From Hyalangium minutum (GTDB lineage Bacteria > Myxococcota > Myxococcia > Myxococcales > Myxococcaceae): DNA of 64,000 nucleotides. Numbering within the stretch: position 1 is the stretch's first letter; every line of letters begins with the position of its first letter. Shown here one piece after another: positions 46,639 to 56,707 of this stretch. The notes under the pieces were generated by a model. It did not search any database, was not told the DNA's origin, and saw nothing but the letters and a program-made list of their open reading frames with translations. Position numbers and translations under genes: made by a program. The stretch lies in NCBI RefSeq assembly GCF_000737315.1, contig NZ_JMCB01000016.1, positions 1 through 64,000 on the forward strand, in the 5' to 3' direction.

Positions 46639-49600
46639 TCAATGGGGTTGAGTCCGCGCCGGACGCACGAGGGGCCTGGCTCCTGGCGCCACAGGGCAGA
46701 TGCGGTGATCATTCAGGGCATTGATGTGGCCCTCGGCGTTGCCCGTGAACGAGCGGGCATAGATGCCGCCATCGAAGCTCCCATTGCTGAAGTCGATGGC
46801 GGCCTTCGGTGCCAGCACTGTGCCCCAGAAGCCATAACCGTTGGCGGTGACGCTCGTGGCATCCACGAAGTGATAGAGGATGCCGCGCTGATCGATCCCC
46901 CCGCTGAACGCGTGCCCAAAGCCCGTCAACTGGGCCGACGCTCCGCGGATGTTGAGGATCGCCAGCGAGCCCGCGGGCGCTTGAACGGACAGCAGTACGG
47001 CCCCGGTGAAGGCGCTGGCATCCACGTCGAACACATTCACGCCCGGGTCGGAGCCGCTGAGCATGACGCCGCCCCAGCTCTCGCGGACCGTCGCGCCGTT
47101 GGCAGGCAGCGCGGCCAGCCGGGACGACAGCGTGCGAAGTTGGGCACCCCGGGCCGCGAAGTCGATGGGGGTGCCTTGAGACACAGCCCCCCGGATGACG
47201 CTCACCGATGGATCCGAGGAGTAGTTGCCGCCATACCACGCGTCTCCCCAGATGCCGCCGCGTGAGAGGCTCAGGTTGCCTCCCGCAACCAGCGTCTGGG
47301 CGATGGACGTGTCTGGGACTCCAGCGCCCACGGCAAAGTCAGTCATCGTGATGTTGCCGCCGGCCGCTACCTTCCCCTGGACATCGTGCCCACCCGAGTA
47401 GTCCTCCAGCAGGAAGAGGTTGAAGTCGCTCAGCTGGACATCCAGGCAACCGGTATCCCCGCCGCCATCCTCCCCGCCGCCGCAGGTGAATGAGCAACTG
47501 GCACCGTTGCCCGACGCGTCCGTCGCGGTGCACGCCACCTGGTTCCCCGTGGTGGTGCACGTCACAGTGGGCGGAACCCCACAGGAATCCGAGGCCGTTA
47601 CTCCCTCGGCCAGCGCTCCCTCGGCCGGACAGGTTGGCACCGAGGCGGGGCAGTGGAGGACCGGGCCTGTCGTGTCCAGGACCGTCACCTGGGCCTCACA
47701 CGAAGAGGACAGCCCCGTCGAATCCGTGCACGTGAGCGTCACCCGCCGCGAGCCCACGCCGTAGGGGCCCTCGGGAGACTGCACACACGTCACCGTGTCT
47801 GCCGGGTCGGGATCGAGCGAGCCATCGTTGATGGAGGCGTTCACGGTGCCGCACGCTGGCCCCGTCGGGGCCGTCACGCTGCGGCAGCGGGCCACCGGCG
47901 GGTGGTTCACGCAGTACGCGCCGGAGCAACTCGGCCCGTCTGCGGGGTCATCCCAGACGAGCTGCTGAGTGCTGACTGCGGGCTCTGGCATTCCCTCGGT
48001 GAAGGCAAACACCTCCACCGTGTTCCCACAGGCCAGGAGCGGCGCGGTGAACGCGAAGGTGGGATCCGTGCCGCAGGACTGGCACAGCGTGATCTCGGGG
48101 CCGCCGTTGAGCCGGTACCAGACGCGGTCCACTTGGCTGGGGGCGCTCCGCACCACTCCCGCCACCGTGGCCGAGGGGGATTGCGCGCACCCAGGGGTGG
48201 GGGAGATGGACACCGTGAGCGGAGGCACCACCTTGGTGCGCTGCCCGCAGCCAAGCTGCATGGAGATGGGAGCGAAGTTGGCGCTGTTCACCTGGCCCGC
48301 CGCGTTGACCATCAGGGCGCTCGGCGCCAGGGTATAGCTCCCCTGCGGGAGCGTCAGGCGGATCGAACCTCGGGCTGCGGCCGTCTCGTAGGTGCGCGGA
48401 GTCCCGCGCGAGGCGCCCGAAGTCGTGTAGGAGGTCTGCTGCCCGCGCCAGTCCTGCCCCGTGAAGCTGCCGGTCACCGAGACGGTGGGCGCAAAGAAGC
48501 GCGCCTGCGTGTTCCAGTACTCCAGGGAGATCTCATTGAAGCAGTACTCATGATCGACGCGGAAGCGCTCGCCGCCCGCCACCCGCGCGCTGTTCTGCGC
48601 CTGCTGAAGCGTGAGCTCGCCATCGAGGAAGCGGGCGGGATCGTTGCTGTCCGCCGGTGAGGAGGCGAAGTTCAGACGCAGGTAGTCCTGGGTCCACTGC
48701 CGCGGCTCACTGTAGGGGGTCAACAGGATCTGATCATAGACAGACACGAGCTGGCCGGTGGTGGGCTCGAAGCTGCCCCGGAACGCAGTCGCGCTGCCTC
48801 CGCCGTTGGGGTTGGAGGCGCTGAGCATGGAGCCACAGGAGATGCAGTTCGGGCTCCCCGGGGAATCGGAGTCGCTGACCCTGAAAAAGAGGGATTGCAG
48901 CGCGCTCCGAGCTCCCGGGTGCTGCGAGACATAGGGATCCACCAGCCGGAGGGCGCCATAGGCATACGCGGGCCGCATGACGAAGGGGTAGCGTGTCTCT
49001 CCGTCGATGACCCGCGTGACGGGCGTCGTCGCGTTGCCCACCACCACGCCATCATTCGCATATTCGGTGGTGACCGATTGCGCATCGAGGCCCGTCCGAA
49101 AAGCCGCGGACGTGCGCAGCCCGTAATCGCCCTCGAGCAGATCCCCGATGGTCCACCACGAGCTGGGATCGCTGATGGGGGCCAGCGGAGTGGTGTCGAC
49201 CACGGAGCCATACCGGAGGTACCCCGGGTTCGCGGCCAGGGTGTCTTGCCGGTAGGCCGTCTCCCCGATGACCTCCCAGGGCCCCGTCAGGGCGCCTCGG
49301 GGAGGAGGAGGCGGCGGCGGGGGCGGCGGGGGCGGCATCGGGAGGCAGAGGGTCCGGATCTCATCGCAGGCCACGCTCAGATCCGTGTAAAAGAACGAGT
49401 AGTGGAGCCCCTCTTCCGTGCTGAGCCAGTAGATGACCGTCTTCAACGGGTGAGCTCCCGCCGGGAGATAGGCAATGTACGAGCGGCCCTCGGGCTCTGT
49501 CTTCGGGTATCCGGCAAAGCCCCCCACCCACGCTTGGTAGACATCCCGCCGGGTCGCGCACGTCTCATCCGTTCCGCCAATGAGCCGGATGACGCCCATG

Positions 49601-50073
49601 CACTGCTCCAGGGTGACGGTGGACGGATCCGGCTGCTGGCTCCTGGTGCGGACCGTGACCCCCGAGGCCGCGAAGTTCAAGCCGGAGTGGTTCGCGTCGA
49701 GCGAGTACGTCACGCCAGCGTCCCCTCCGGCGCCCGCCTCGACGAGGATCTCGAAGGTGTACTCCCAGGGATGGGTGAACGTGACGGTGCTGGTCGAGGC
49801 GCTATACCCGGACGGAGAGGTGCTGGCTGCGGACACGGAGCCGATCTCCCACCCATCCTCCGCCAGCAGCGTCTGGATCGCCGGGTTCTGGTTGGTGAAG
49901 CGGACCGTGCCCTGGATGCTGTTCGTGGTCAGCTCCACGCCTCCGCTCGCGAGCGGCACGGCCGCGCGCTCTGAGGCCGACTCCAGCGCGTGCTCCTCGA
50001 TGGGGCTGCACGCCAGCAGCCCCAGAATGCCTAAGATTGCCCACCCACAGCTTCGGTATGGCTGCATCATCAT
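46639..50073 (-). CDS. Large lipoprotein with HYR-like and C-terminal choice-of-anchor A domain
   Basis: Lipobox GLLAC; poly-Pro linker; HYR-like VLDTTGPVLHCP; C-terminal DFNLFLLEDYSGGHDVQGKVAAGG...GTVLAP. Confidence 0.78.
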   Translation of the reverse strand: MMMQPYRSCGWAILGILGLLACSPIEEHALESASERAAVPLASGGVELTTNSIQGTVRFTNQNPAIQTLLAEDGWEIGSVSAASTSPSGYSASTSTVTFTHPWEYTFEILVEAGAGGDAGVTYSLDANHSGLNFAASGVTVRTRSQQPDPSTVTLEQCMGVIRLIGGTDETCATRRDVYQAWVGGFAGYPKTEPEGRSYIAYLPAGAHPLKTVIYWLSTEEGLHYSFFYTDLSVACDEIRTLCLPMPPPPPPPPPPPPRGALTGPWEVIGETAYRQDTLAANPGYLRYGSVVDTTPLAPISDPSSWWTIGDLLEGDYGLRTSAAFRTGLDAQSVTTEYANDGVVVGNATTPVTRVIDGETRYPFVMRPAYAYGALRLVDPYVSQHPGARSALQSLFFRVSDSDSPGSPNCISCGSMLSASNPNGGGSATAFRGSFEPTTGQLVSVYDQILLTPYSEPRQWTQDYLRLNFASSPADSNDPARFLDGELTLQQAQNSARVAGGERFRVDHEYCFNEISLEYWNTQARFFAPTVSVTGSFTGQDWRGQQTSYTTSGASRGTPRTYETAAARGSIRLTLPQGSYTLAPSALMVNAAGQVNSANFAPISMQLGCGQRTKVVPPLTVSISPTPGCAQSPSATVAGVVRSAPSQVDRVWYRLNGGPEITLCQSCGTDPTFAFTAPLLACGNTVEVFAFTEGMPEPAVSTQQLVWDDPADGPSCSGAYCVNHPPVARCRSVTAPTGPACGTVNASINDGSLDPDPADTVTCVQSPEGPYGVGSRRVTLTCTDSTGLSSSCEAQVTVLDTTGPVLHCPASVPTCPAEGALAEGVTASDSCGVPPTVTCTTTGNQVACTATDASGNGASCSFTCGGGEDGGGDTGCLDVQLSDFNLFLLEDYSGGHDVQGKVAAGGNITMTDFAVGAGVPDTSIAQTLVAGGNLSLSRGGIWGDAWYGGNYSSDPSVSVIRGAVSQGTPIDFAARGAQLRTLSSRLAALPANGATVRESWGGVMLSGSDPGVNVFDVDASAFTGAVLLSVQAPAGSLAILNIRGASAQLTGFGHAFSGGIDQRGILYHFVDATSVTANGYGFWGTVLAPKAAIDFSNGSFDGGIYARSFTGNAEGHINALNDHRICPVAPGARPLVRPARTQPH

Positions 50074-50207
50074 CCCCTCGCGTACCTCGTCCGAGACACT
50101 ATACGGAGACGGAATTCTCGAAGACCGCCGTCATCTTCGCAGTGAACTTTAGGGCAGGGTCAGGTTGAATGGACAAACCCCTGCGGATGTGTACTCGCTA
50201 TGCGCCC

Positions 50208-50756
50208 ATGGAACTGCTCACTGCCCGCCTGCGTCTGCGCGAGTTCGAAGAGGACGACTGGCGCGTCACCTGGCCCTACGAGTCCGATCCGGAGGTCGTC
50301 CGCTACCAGTCCCACGGGGTCCGCACGCCCGAGGAGAGCTTGAAATACATCCGGGACTCCAGGGCCACGGCCACGGAGAGCCCTCGGCGCATTCATGACT
50401 TGGCGGTGGTGCTTCGCGAGGACGGACGCCTGGTGGGCCGCTGCGGCTTGAAGGTGGTGGACCTCGAGCAGCGCGAGGGCGCGCTCTGGTATGTGCTCGA
50501 CCGCTCGCAGTGGGGCAAGGGCTACATCTCCGAGGCCGCCGAGGCGATGCTGGACTTCGGCTTCCAGACGCTGGGCCTGCATCGCGTGTGGGCGGACTGC
50601 GATCCGCGCAACGAGGGCTCCGTGAAGGTGGTGCGGCGGCTCGGCTTCCGGCTGGAGGCGCACTTCCGCGAGAACGTGTTCCTCAAGGGCGAGTGGTGTG
50701 ACTCGCTCATCCACGCCATCCTCGACCGGGAGTGGGCGGCGCGCCCGAGGAAGTAG
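50208..50756 (+). CDS. GNAT N-acetyltransferase (RimJ/RimL family)
   Basis: TARLRLREF, WGKGYISEA, NEGSVKVVRRLGFRLE. Confidence 0.9.
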   Translation: MELLTARLRLREFEEDDWRVTWPYESDPEVVRYQSHGVRTPEESLKYIRDSRATATESPRRIHDLAVVLREDGRLVGRCGLKVVDLEQREGALWYVLDRSQWGKGYISEAAEAMLDFGFQTLGLHRVWADCDPRNEGSVKVVRRLGFRLEAHFRENVFLKGEWCDSLIHAILDREWAARPRK

Positions 50757-50911
50757 AAGAGCGCGGGAGCACCGGGCTGCCACGAAAATTCCAGGGAGCC
50801 TGGTGCACGTAGGGAAGCCAGAAATTCAGGCGTAAGTTTTTTATGCGGATTTCTGGGATGTCGGCCGGTTCGTCCCCTCTCATGACTGGGTGACGAAGTC
50901 CGGAGGAATCG

Positions 50912-53056
50912 ATGAAGAACAGGCCGGGAATTGTAGTGCTCGCTGCCTCGCTGGCGCTGACGCAGGCGTGTGGCACGAACGAGCAGCAGCCGCAGCAGGA
51001 GTCCGCAGCCCCCACCGTGCAGGTGGACGCGCCCAGGACGGAGGACTCCGCTCGCGAGGATGAGTCCTTCGATGCGCTCTTCCAGGAGGCCGGGGAGGAG
51101 TTCGATGTGCCGCCCGCGCTCCTCAAGTCCATCTCCTTCGTGCAGACGCGCTACCAGATGGTGGAGAGCGCCGAGGAGTTCGAGGGCCGCCCGGTCGTCT
51201 ACGGACTGATGGCGCTCACGGGGGCTCAGCTCGACGAGGGCGCGAAGCTGGCCGGCGTCACGGCGGAGCAGGCGAGGATTGACGCGCGCTCCCACGTTCG
51301 TGCAGCTGCGGCGCTGCTGTCGCGCCACGCGGATGCGCTGAAGGTGGATCGGACGCAGGCGGTGAAGTGGGCACCGGCGGTGGCCGAGCTGTCCGGCATT
51401 CAGAACGAGGAGGGCCGTCGCAGCTTCGTCCACAACGAGGTCTTCCGCGTGGCCCGCCTGGGACTCGGGGCGCTCTCGCAAGAGTGGGGCGTGAGTGGAC
51501 AGGGCTTGGCCGTCGAGGAACTGGGGCAGCAGCGCCAGGGGCTCGCCGGTCCGGACTACGCGCCGGCCGTGTGGCGGGCCTCGCCCAACTACAACTCCCG
51601 GCCCATGGGGGTGAAGATGGTGATCATTCACACCTGCGAGAGCAGCTACTCGGGGTGCTGGAGCTGGCTGACCAACTCCAGCTCGCAAGTGAGCGCGCAC
51701 TACGTGGTGCGCGAGGATGGCGGGGAGATCAGCCAACTCGTGCGCGACGGGAGCCGGGCCTGGCACATCGGCGCCACGTACCAGTGCAGCAACAACAGCG
51801 GGGTGGAGTGCGGGCTGAACGGGAGAAGCTCCAACGACTTCACCATCGGCATCGAGCACGGCGGGTATGCGTCGACGGTGAACTGGCCGGTGGGGCAGAT
51901 CGACGCCTCGGCCCGGCTGCTGTGCGACATCACGCGTGACCACGGGATTCCCCGTGACCGTTACCACGTGGTGGGGCACGGCAAGCTCCAGCCTTACGAC
52001 CGCACGGATCCCGGGTCCAACTGGCCCTGGACGGACTACCTCAACCGAGCCAATGCGCATTGCGGCACGGCGTGCGTGCTGATGGGGGACATCAAGGCGA
52101 AGTACGACGCGGTGAACGGCCCGGTGCTGCTGGGGAAGTGCCAGGCCGGAGAGCTGTCCACGCCGGATGGGGTGGGGCGCTACAACCACTTCGAGCGAGG
52201 CAGCATCTACTGGACGCCGACGCTGGGAGCGCACGTGGTGGTGGGTCAGATCAAGATCAAGTGGGAGCAGCTGGGGTGGGAGCGCAGCGTGCTGGGCTAT
52301 CCCATCACCGACGAGCTGGCGGCGCCGGACGGGAGGGGCCGCTACAACCACTTCGAGCGAGGCAGCATCTACTGGACGCAGGAGTTGGGGGCCTGGGAGG
52401 TGCACGGGAACATCCGTGCGAAGTGGGAGCAGCTGGGGTGGGAGCGCAGCGTGCTGGGCTACCCGAAGACAGGAGAGCTGACGACGCCGGACGGAGTGGG
52501 GCGCTACAACCACTTCGAGAACGGAAGCATCTACTGGACGTCGGCGACGGGAGCGCACGAGGTGCGGGGACAGGTCTATACAAAGTGGGCGGAGCTGGAG
52601 TGGGAGCGCAGCGTGCTGGGCTACCCGCTGACGGACGAGCAGGGAACGCCAGATGGGGTGGGGCGCTATAACCACTTCCAGAATGGAAGCATCTACTTCA
52701 CGCCGGCGACGGGAGCGCACGCGGTAGTGGGTGACATCAACGCCAAGTGGGTGGCGCTGAGCCGGGAGGCAGGGCTACTGGGCTACCCGCTGACGGACGA
52801 GACGAAGACCCCGGACGGAGTGGGGCGCTTCAACCACTTCCAGAATGGAAGCATCTACTGGACGCCGACGACGGGAGCGCGCGAGGTGCATGGCCCCATC
52901 CGGGCCAAGTGGGAGTCGCTGGGCTGGGAGAGGAGCGCGCTGGGCTACCCGGTGCGAGACGAGTACGCCGTGACGGGTGGCCGTGAGAGCGAGTTCCAGA
53001 AGGGCTTCCTCACGCTCAACACCGCCACCAACACCGTCACCGTGCGCATGAAGTAG
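50912..53056 (+). CDS. Lipoprotein N-acetylmuramoyl-L-alanine amidase (Amidase_2) with lysozyme-like N-domain and 6 LGFP repeats
   Basis: Lipobox TQAC; IIHTCE, VSAHYVV, AWHIG, GIEH, VGHG..DPG; six 54-aa [20 protein letters not shown] repeats. Confidence 0.9.
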   Translation: MKNRPGIVVLAASLALTQACGTNEQQPQQESAAPTVQVDAPRTEDSAREDESFDALFQEAGEEFDVPPALLKSISFVQTRYQMVESAEEFEGRPVVYGLMALTGAQLDEGAKLAGVTAEQARIDARSHVRAAAALLSRHADALKVDRTQAVKWAPAVAELSGIQNEEGRRSFVHNEVFRVARLGLGALSQEWGVSGQGLAVEELGQQRQGLAGPDYAPAVWRASPNYNSRPMGVKMVIIHTCESSYSGCWSWLTNSSSQVSAHYVVREDGGEISQLVRDGSRAWHIGATYQCSNNSGVECGLNGRSSNDFTIGIEHGGYASTVNWPVGQIDASARLLCDITRDHGIPRDRYHVVGHGKLQPYDRTDPGSNWPWTDYLNRANAHCGTACVLMGDIKAKYDAVNGPVLLGKCQAGELSTPDGVGRYNHFERGSIYWTPTLGAHVVVGQIKIKWEQLGWERSVLGYPITDELAAPDGRGRYNHFERGSIYWTQELGAWEVHGNIRAKWEQLGWERSVLGYPKTGELTTPDGVGRYNHFENGSIYWTSATGAHEVRGQVYTKWAELEWERSVLGYPLTDEQGTPDGVGRYNHFQNGSIYFTPATGAHAVVGDINAKWVALSREAGLLGYPLTDETKTPDGVGRFNHFQNGSIYWTPTTGAREVHGPIRAKWESLGWERSALGYPVRDEYAVTGGRESEFQKGFLTLNTATNTVTVRMK

Positions 53057-53181
53057 CAGTCCTGGCGGACTCCTGAAGTCCGCCTCGGACGATTGAAGTC
53101 CACTTGCGGCGGGAGAGGACCCATCGCCTCCCGCCGCAAGGCCACACCTCCGCCGGTTCCTCCCTTTCCCCGAGAAGACGC

Positions 53182-54561
53182 ATGCGCCTGTCACGCCCTT
53201 GGCTGTTGTTGTGCGCCCTGACCGTCATCAGCTGTGGTGTTCCCGATGAAGAACCCCGTCCTGTGGATGAGCTGACCGGCCAGGTTCTGCTCGATCTGGC
53301 CGGGGCCTACGACATGCACCGGCTGATGGAGGATGCCGACCTGACGGGTGGAGGTTGGATCACTCCCGCGCAGGTGCAGCAGTTCCTCCAGCAGAAGGGC
53401 TCTTTTCTGGCCGGGTACAGGGACCCCGTGTGGGGCAACAAGACGGCCGCCACGCTCATCGTCGAGCGCTCCCGCGCCTCTGGCATCAGCCCGCTCTACA
53501 TGCTGGCGCGCATCCAGATCGAGTCGGGCCTCATCCAGAGTGGAACCTCGAGCAACCTGGACAAGGCCACCGGTTGTGGGTGTCCGGACAGTGGGGGCTG
53601 CAACACGAGCTACGCGGGTTTTGGCAACCAGGTGGAGTGCGGTGCCGCGAAGATCCGGGGCTACCTGAGGGCGCTGGACGCGGGCGGGACCACGGTCAGT
53701 GGATGGAAGGTCGGCCTCACCAAGCAGACGTCGGACCCCTGCACGGTGACGCCCGCCACCAAGGCCACCGCCGCGCTCTATACCTACACGCCGTGGGTGG
53801 GCGCGTATGCCATGCAATGCGGAAGGACCACCGTAGGGGGTTCCTCGCTCGTGGCCGCCGTCTTCAGCCGTTACAGGACCGATTACAACTGGGGCACCGG
53901 TTGCGTGCTGATGGGGGACATCAAGGCAAAGTACGACGCGGTGAACGGCCCGGTGCTGCTGGGCGCGTGCCAAGCCGGGGAGCTGTCCACGCCGGATGGG
54001 GTGGGGCGCTACAACCACTTCGAGCGAGGCAGCATCTACTGGACGCCGACGCTGGGAGCGCACGTGGTGGTGGGGCAGATCAAGATCAAGTGGGAGCAGC
54101 TGGGGTGGGAGCGCAGCGTGCTGGGCTACCCCATCACCGACGAGCTGGCGGCGCCGGATGGGCGTGGCCGCTACAACCACTTCGAGCGAGGCAGCATCTA
54201 CTGGACGCCGGAGTTGGGGGCCTGGGAGGTGCACGGGAACATCCGTGCGAAGTGGGAGCAATTGGGTTGGGAGCGCAGCGTGCTGGGCTACCCGAAGACA
54301 GGAGAGCTGACGACGCCGGACGGAGTGGGGCGCTACAACCACTTCGAGAACGGAAGCATCTACTGGACGCCGACGACAGGAGCGCACGAGGTGCACGGCG
54401 CCATTCGGGCCAAGTGGGAGTCGCTGGGCTGGGAGAGGAGCGCGCTGGGCTACCCGGTACGGGACGAGTACGTCGTGACAGGCGGCAGTGAGAGCGAGTT
54501 CCAGAAGGGCTTCCTCACGTTCAACACCGCCACCAACACCGTCACCGTGCGCATGAAGTAG
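53182..54561 (+). CDS. Lipoprotein with lysozyme/transglycosylase-like domain and 4 LGFP repeats
   Basis: Lipobox VISC; LARIQIESGLI (ES motif), GFGNQV, TAALYTYTP; LGFP cassette nearly identical to that of the upstream amidase. Confidence 0.78.
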   Translation: MRLSRPWLLLCALTVISCGVPDEEPRPVDELTGQVLLDLAGAYDMHRLMEDADLTGGGWITPAQVQQFLQQKGSFLAGYRDPVWGNKTAATLIVERSRASGISPLYMLARIQIESGLIQSGTSSNLDKATGCGCPDSGGCNTSYAGFGNQVECGAAKIRGYLRALDAGGTTVSGWKVGLTKQTSDPCTVTPATKATAALYTYTPWVGAYAMQCGRTTVGGSSLVAAVFSRYRTDYNWGTGCVLMGDIKAKYDAVNGPVLLGACQAGELSTPDGVGRYNHFERGSIYWTPTLGAHVVVGQIKIKWEQLGWERSVLGYPITDELAAPDGRGRYNHFERGSIYWTPELGAWEVHGNIRAKWEQLGWERSVLGYPKTGELTTPDGVGRYNHFENGSIYWTPTTGAHEVHGAIRAKWESLGWERSALGYPVRDEYVVTGGSESEFQKGFLTFNTATNTVTVRMK

Positions 54562-54593
54562 TTTCGTTCGGTGGACCTCAGAGCCGGAAGTCC

Positions 54594-54692
54594 TCACGGC
54601 GCAGGCTGTACGCGCGCATCCTCCGGAACCGCACGCCGGAAGAGCAGACGCTCGGTCTCCAGGAAGGTCTCGGGTGGCAGGCGGGGCCTCAT
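54594..54692 (-). pseudogene. N-terminal remnant of a RimJ-like GNAT gene
   Basis: RBS GGAGGTGG then MRPRLPPETFLETERLLFRRAVPEDA, after which similarity is lost and a stop follows. Confidence 0.5.
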
Positions 54693-54812
54693 TGAATTCC
54701 ACCTCCTCGCGGAGCGGAAGTCCGGCGGCTCAGCGAGCGGGGGGACGCAGGCTTGCATCGCACTGGGCTTCCGGGGAACCCCTGGCACTCGAATCATGTT
54801 GCCGGTGCCGGA

Positions 54813-56657
54813 ATGCGCAAACCTCTCCTCTTCGTCTCAGGTCTTCTGGCGGCGTGGCTCTTCTCGGCATGCGAGGACGCGGCCCTTTCGGCGCAACCTC
54901 CCGCCGCCGAGGCACTGTCTCCGGAGCCTCAAGGTCCTCCCCAGCCACTGACGGCGGCGAACTGCCGCACGCTGATCACGCCGGTAGTGCGCGCGAGCGG
55001 GGATGATGGCGCGGGCAGCGTGGCGTCCAATACGCAGGATGACGACCTCGTTACGCGCTGGAGCGGCTACGGCAAGGGAGCGTGGCTGCTGCTGGACCTG
55101 GGCGAGGTGCAGCCGCTGACGGGGGCCGCCGTGGCGTGGCACCTGGGCACGGTGCAGCGCAACACCTTCACGCTCTCCATCTCGGAGGACGGAACGAACT
55201 ACACGCAGGCGTACTCGGGCGTCAGCGCGGCAAACACCACGCCGCAGACCTACCTCTTCAGTGCCCCACGGCAGGCGCGCTACGTGCGCATCAATGTGTA
55301 TGGCAACACGCTCAACGACTGGGCCTCCATCACCGAGGCTCGCGCGTGCGGCGAGGAGCGGTCGACGGCGCCCGCCGAGGGGGACTCGGGACCGGTGCTG
55401 CCGCGCCAGCCCTACCTGCAGAGCGTGGGCCAGACGAGCGCCATCGTGGCGTTCCGGACCAGCGTGTCGTGCACGCCCTTCGTGCGCTACGGCCAGGGAA
55501 CGGACCTGTCCAAGACGGCGACGGCGTCCGCGGCAGGCTGGCGGCACGCGGTGAAGCTGACGGGCCTGACGCCGGGGCGGACGCACAGCTACGTGGTGGA
55601 GGCGTGTGGCTCGGTCACCGGTGTGCGGCAGTTCCGCGCCGCCCAGCCCCCGACGAACACGAGCCTGCGATTCACGGCGATGGGGGACTTCGGTACGGGC
55701 GGCTTGAGGCAACAGCAGGTGGTGGATCGTCTCGCGCAGCCGGGCAATGCCGGCGAGCTGCTGCTGGCGCTTGGGGACAACGCTTACTCCTCGGGCACCG
55801 AGCAGGAGTTCCAGGACCGGATGTTCACGCCCATGGCGGCGCTGCTGCGCAAGGTGCCGTTGTTCCCCAGCCTGGGCAACCATGAGTACGTGACGAACCA
55901 GGGGCAGCCGTATCTGGACAACTTCTACTTGCCGGCCAACAACCCGGCGGGCTCGGAGCGCTACTACTCGTTCGACTGGGGCCCCGTGCACTTCGTGGCG
56001 CTCGATTCCAACTGCGCCATCGGTCTGGCCTCCTCGGATCGCTGCACGCTGGCGGCGCAGAAGAGCTGGGTGGCCCAGGACTTGGCCGCCACGCAGCGGC
56101 CGTGGAAGGTGGCCTTCTTCCACCATCCGCCCTGGTCCAGCGGCGAGCACGGCTCTCAGCTGACGATGCGGCGCGAGTTTGGCCCGATCTTCGAGCAGTA
56201 CGGGGTGGATCTGGTGCTCACGGGGCATGACCACAACTACGAGCGCTCCAAGCCGATGAGGGGTGATGGCTTGGCGGGCTCGGGGACGCGGGGCATCACC
56301 TACGTGGTGGTGGGCAGCGGCGGCGCGAACCTGCGGGCCTTCCTGGTCTCGCAGCCGAGCTGGACGGCGTACCGCAACAACACGGACGTGGGCTACCTGG
56401 AGGTGGCGGTGAGCGGAGGGACGCTGAGCGCCAGGTTCCTCACCCCCAATGGCGCGGTGAAGGACAGCTTCACGCTGACGAAGACACTGCCGGCCTCGGT
56501 GGAGCACCCCACGGATTTCTCGGCCTCCTCGCTGGAGACGCCTCCGGGGCCGGCGGACGATCCGGCGCACGAGCCCGCCGGGCTGCGCTTCGAGAAGGTA
56601 CTGCCCCCTGCGAACAGCCCGGAGGCGGTGGCGGACGACGATGTGCCGGCGCGCTGA
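54813..56657 (+). CDS. Lipoprotein purple acid phosphatase/metallophosphoesterase with F5/8 type C (CBM32) domain
   Basis: Lipobox LFSAC; discoidin TRWSG..WLLLDLG..ARYVRI; FN3-like domain; GDFG, GDNAY, GNHE, HHP, GHDH. Confidence 0.9.
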   Translation: MRKPLLFVSGLLAAWLFSACEDAALSAQPPAAEALSPEPQGPPQPLTAANCRTLITPVVRASGDDGAGSVASNTQDDDLVTRWSGYGKGAWLLLDLGEVQPLTGAAVAWHLGTVQRNTFTLSISEDGTNYTQAYSGVSAANTTPQTYLFSAPRQARYVRINVYGNTLNDWASITEARACGEERSTAPAEGDSGPVLPRQPYLQSVGQTSAIVAFRTSVSCTPFVRYGQGTDLSKTATASAAGWRHAVKLTGLTPGRTHSYVVEACGSVTGVRQFRAAQPPTNTSLRFTAMGDFGTGGLRQQQVVDRLAQPGNAGELLLALGDNAYSSGTEQEFQDRMFTPMAALLRKVPLFPSLGNHEYVTNQGQPYLDNFYLPANNPAGSERYYSFDWGPVHFVALDSNCAIGLASSDRCTLAAQKSWVAQDLAATQRPWKVAFFHHPPWSSGEHGSQLTMRREFGPIFEQYGVDLVLTGHDHNYERSKPMRGDGLAGSGTRGITYVVVGSGGANLRAFLVSQPSWTAYRNNTDVGYLEVAVSGGTLSARFLTPNGAVKDSFTLTKTLPASVEHPTDFSASSLETPPGPADDPAHEPAGLRFEKVLPPANSPEAVADDDVPAR

Positions 56658-56707
56658 GTACCGCAGGAGCAGGGATGCGCTTGGCGGAGCAGTCCCCCTT
56701 AGATGAT

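Noticed and set aside
53902-54561. LGFP duplicate as a diversity-generating retroelement TR/VR pair
   Set aside because: Differences are mostly synonymous and not adenine-specific, and no RT is nearby; ordinary duplication or conversion explains it.
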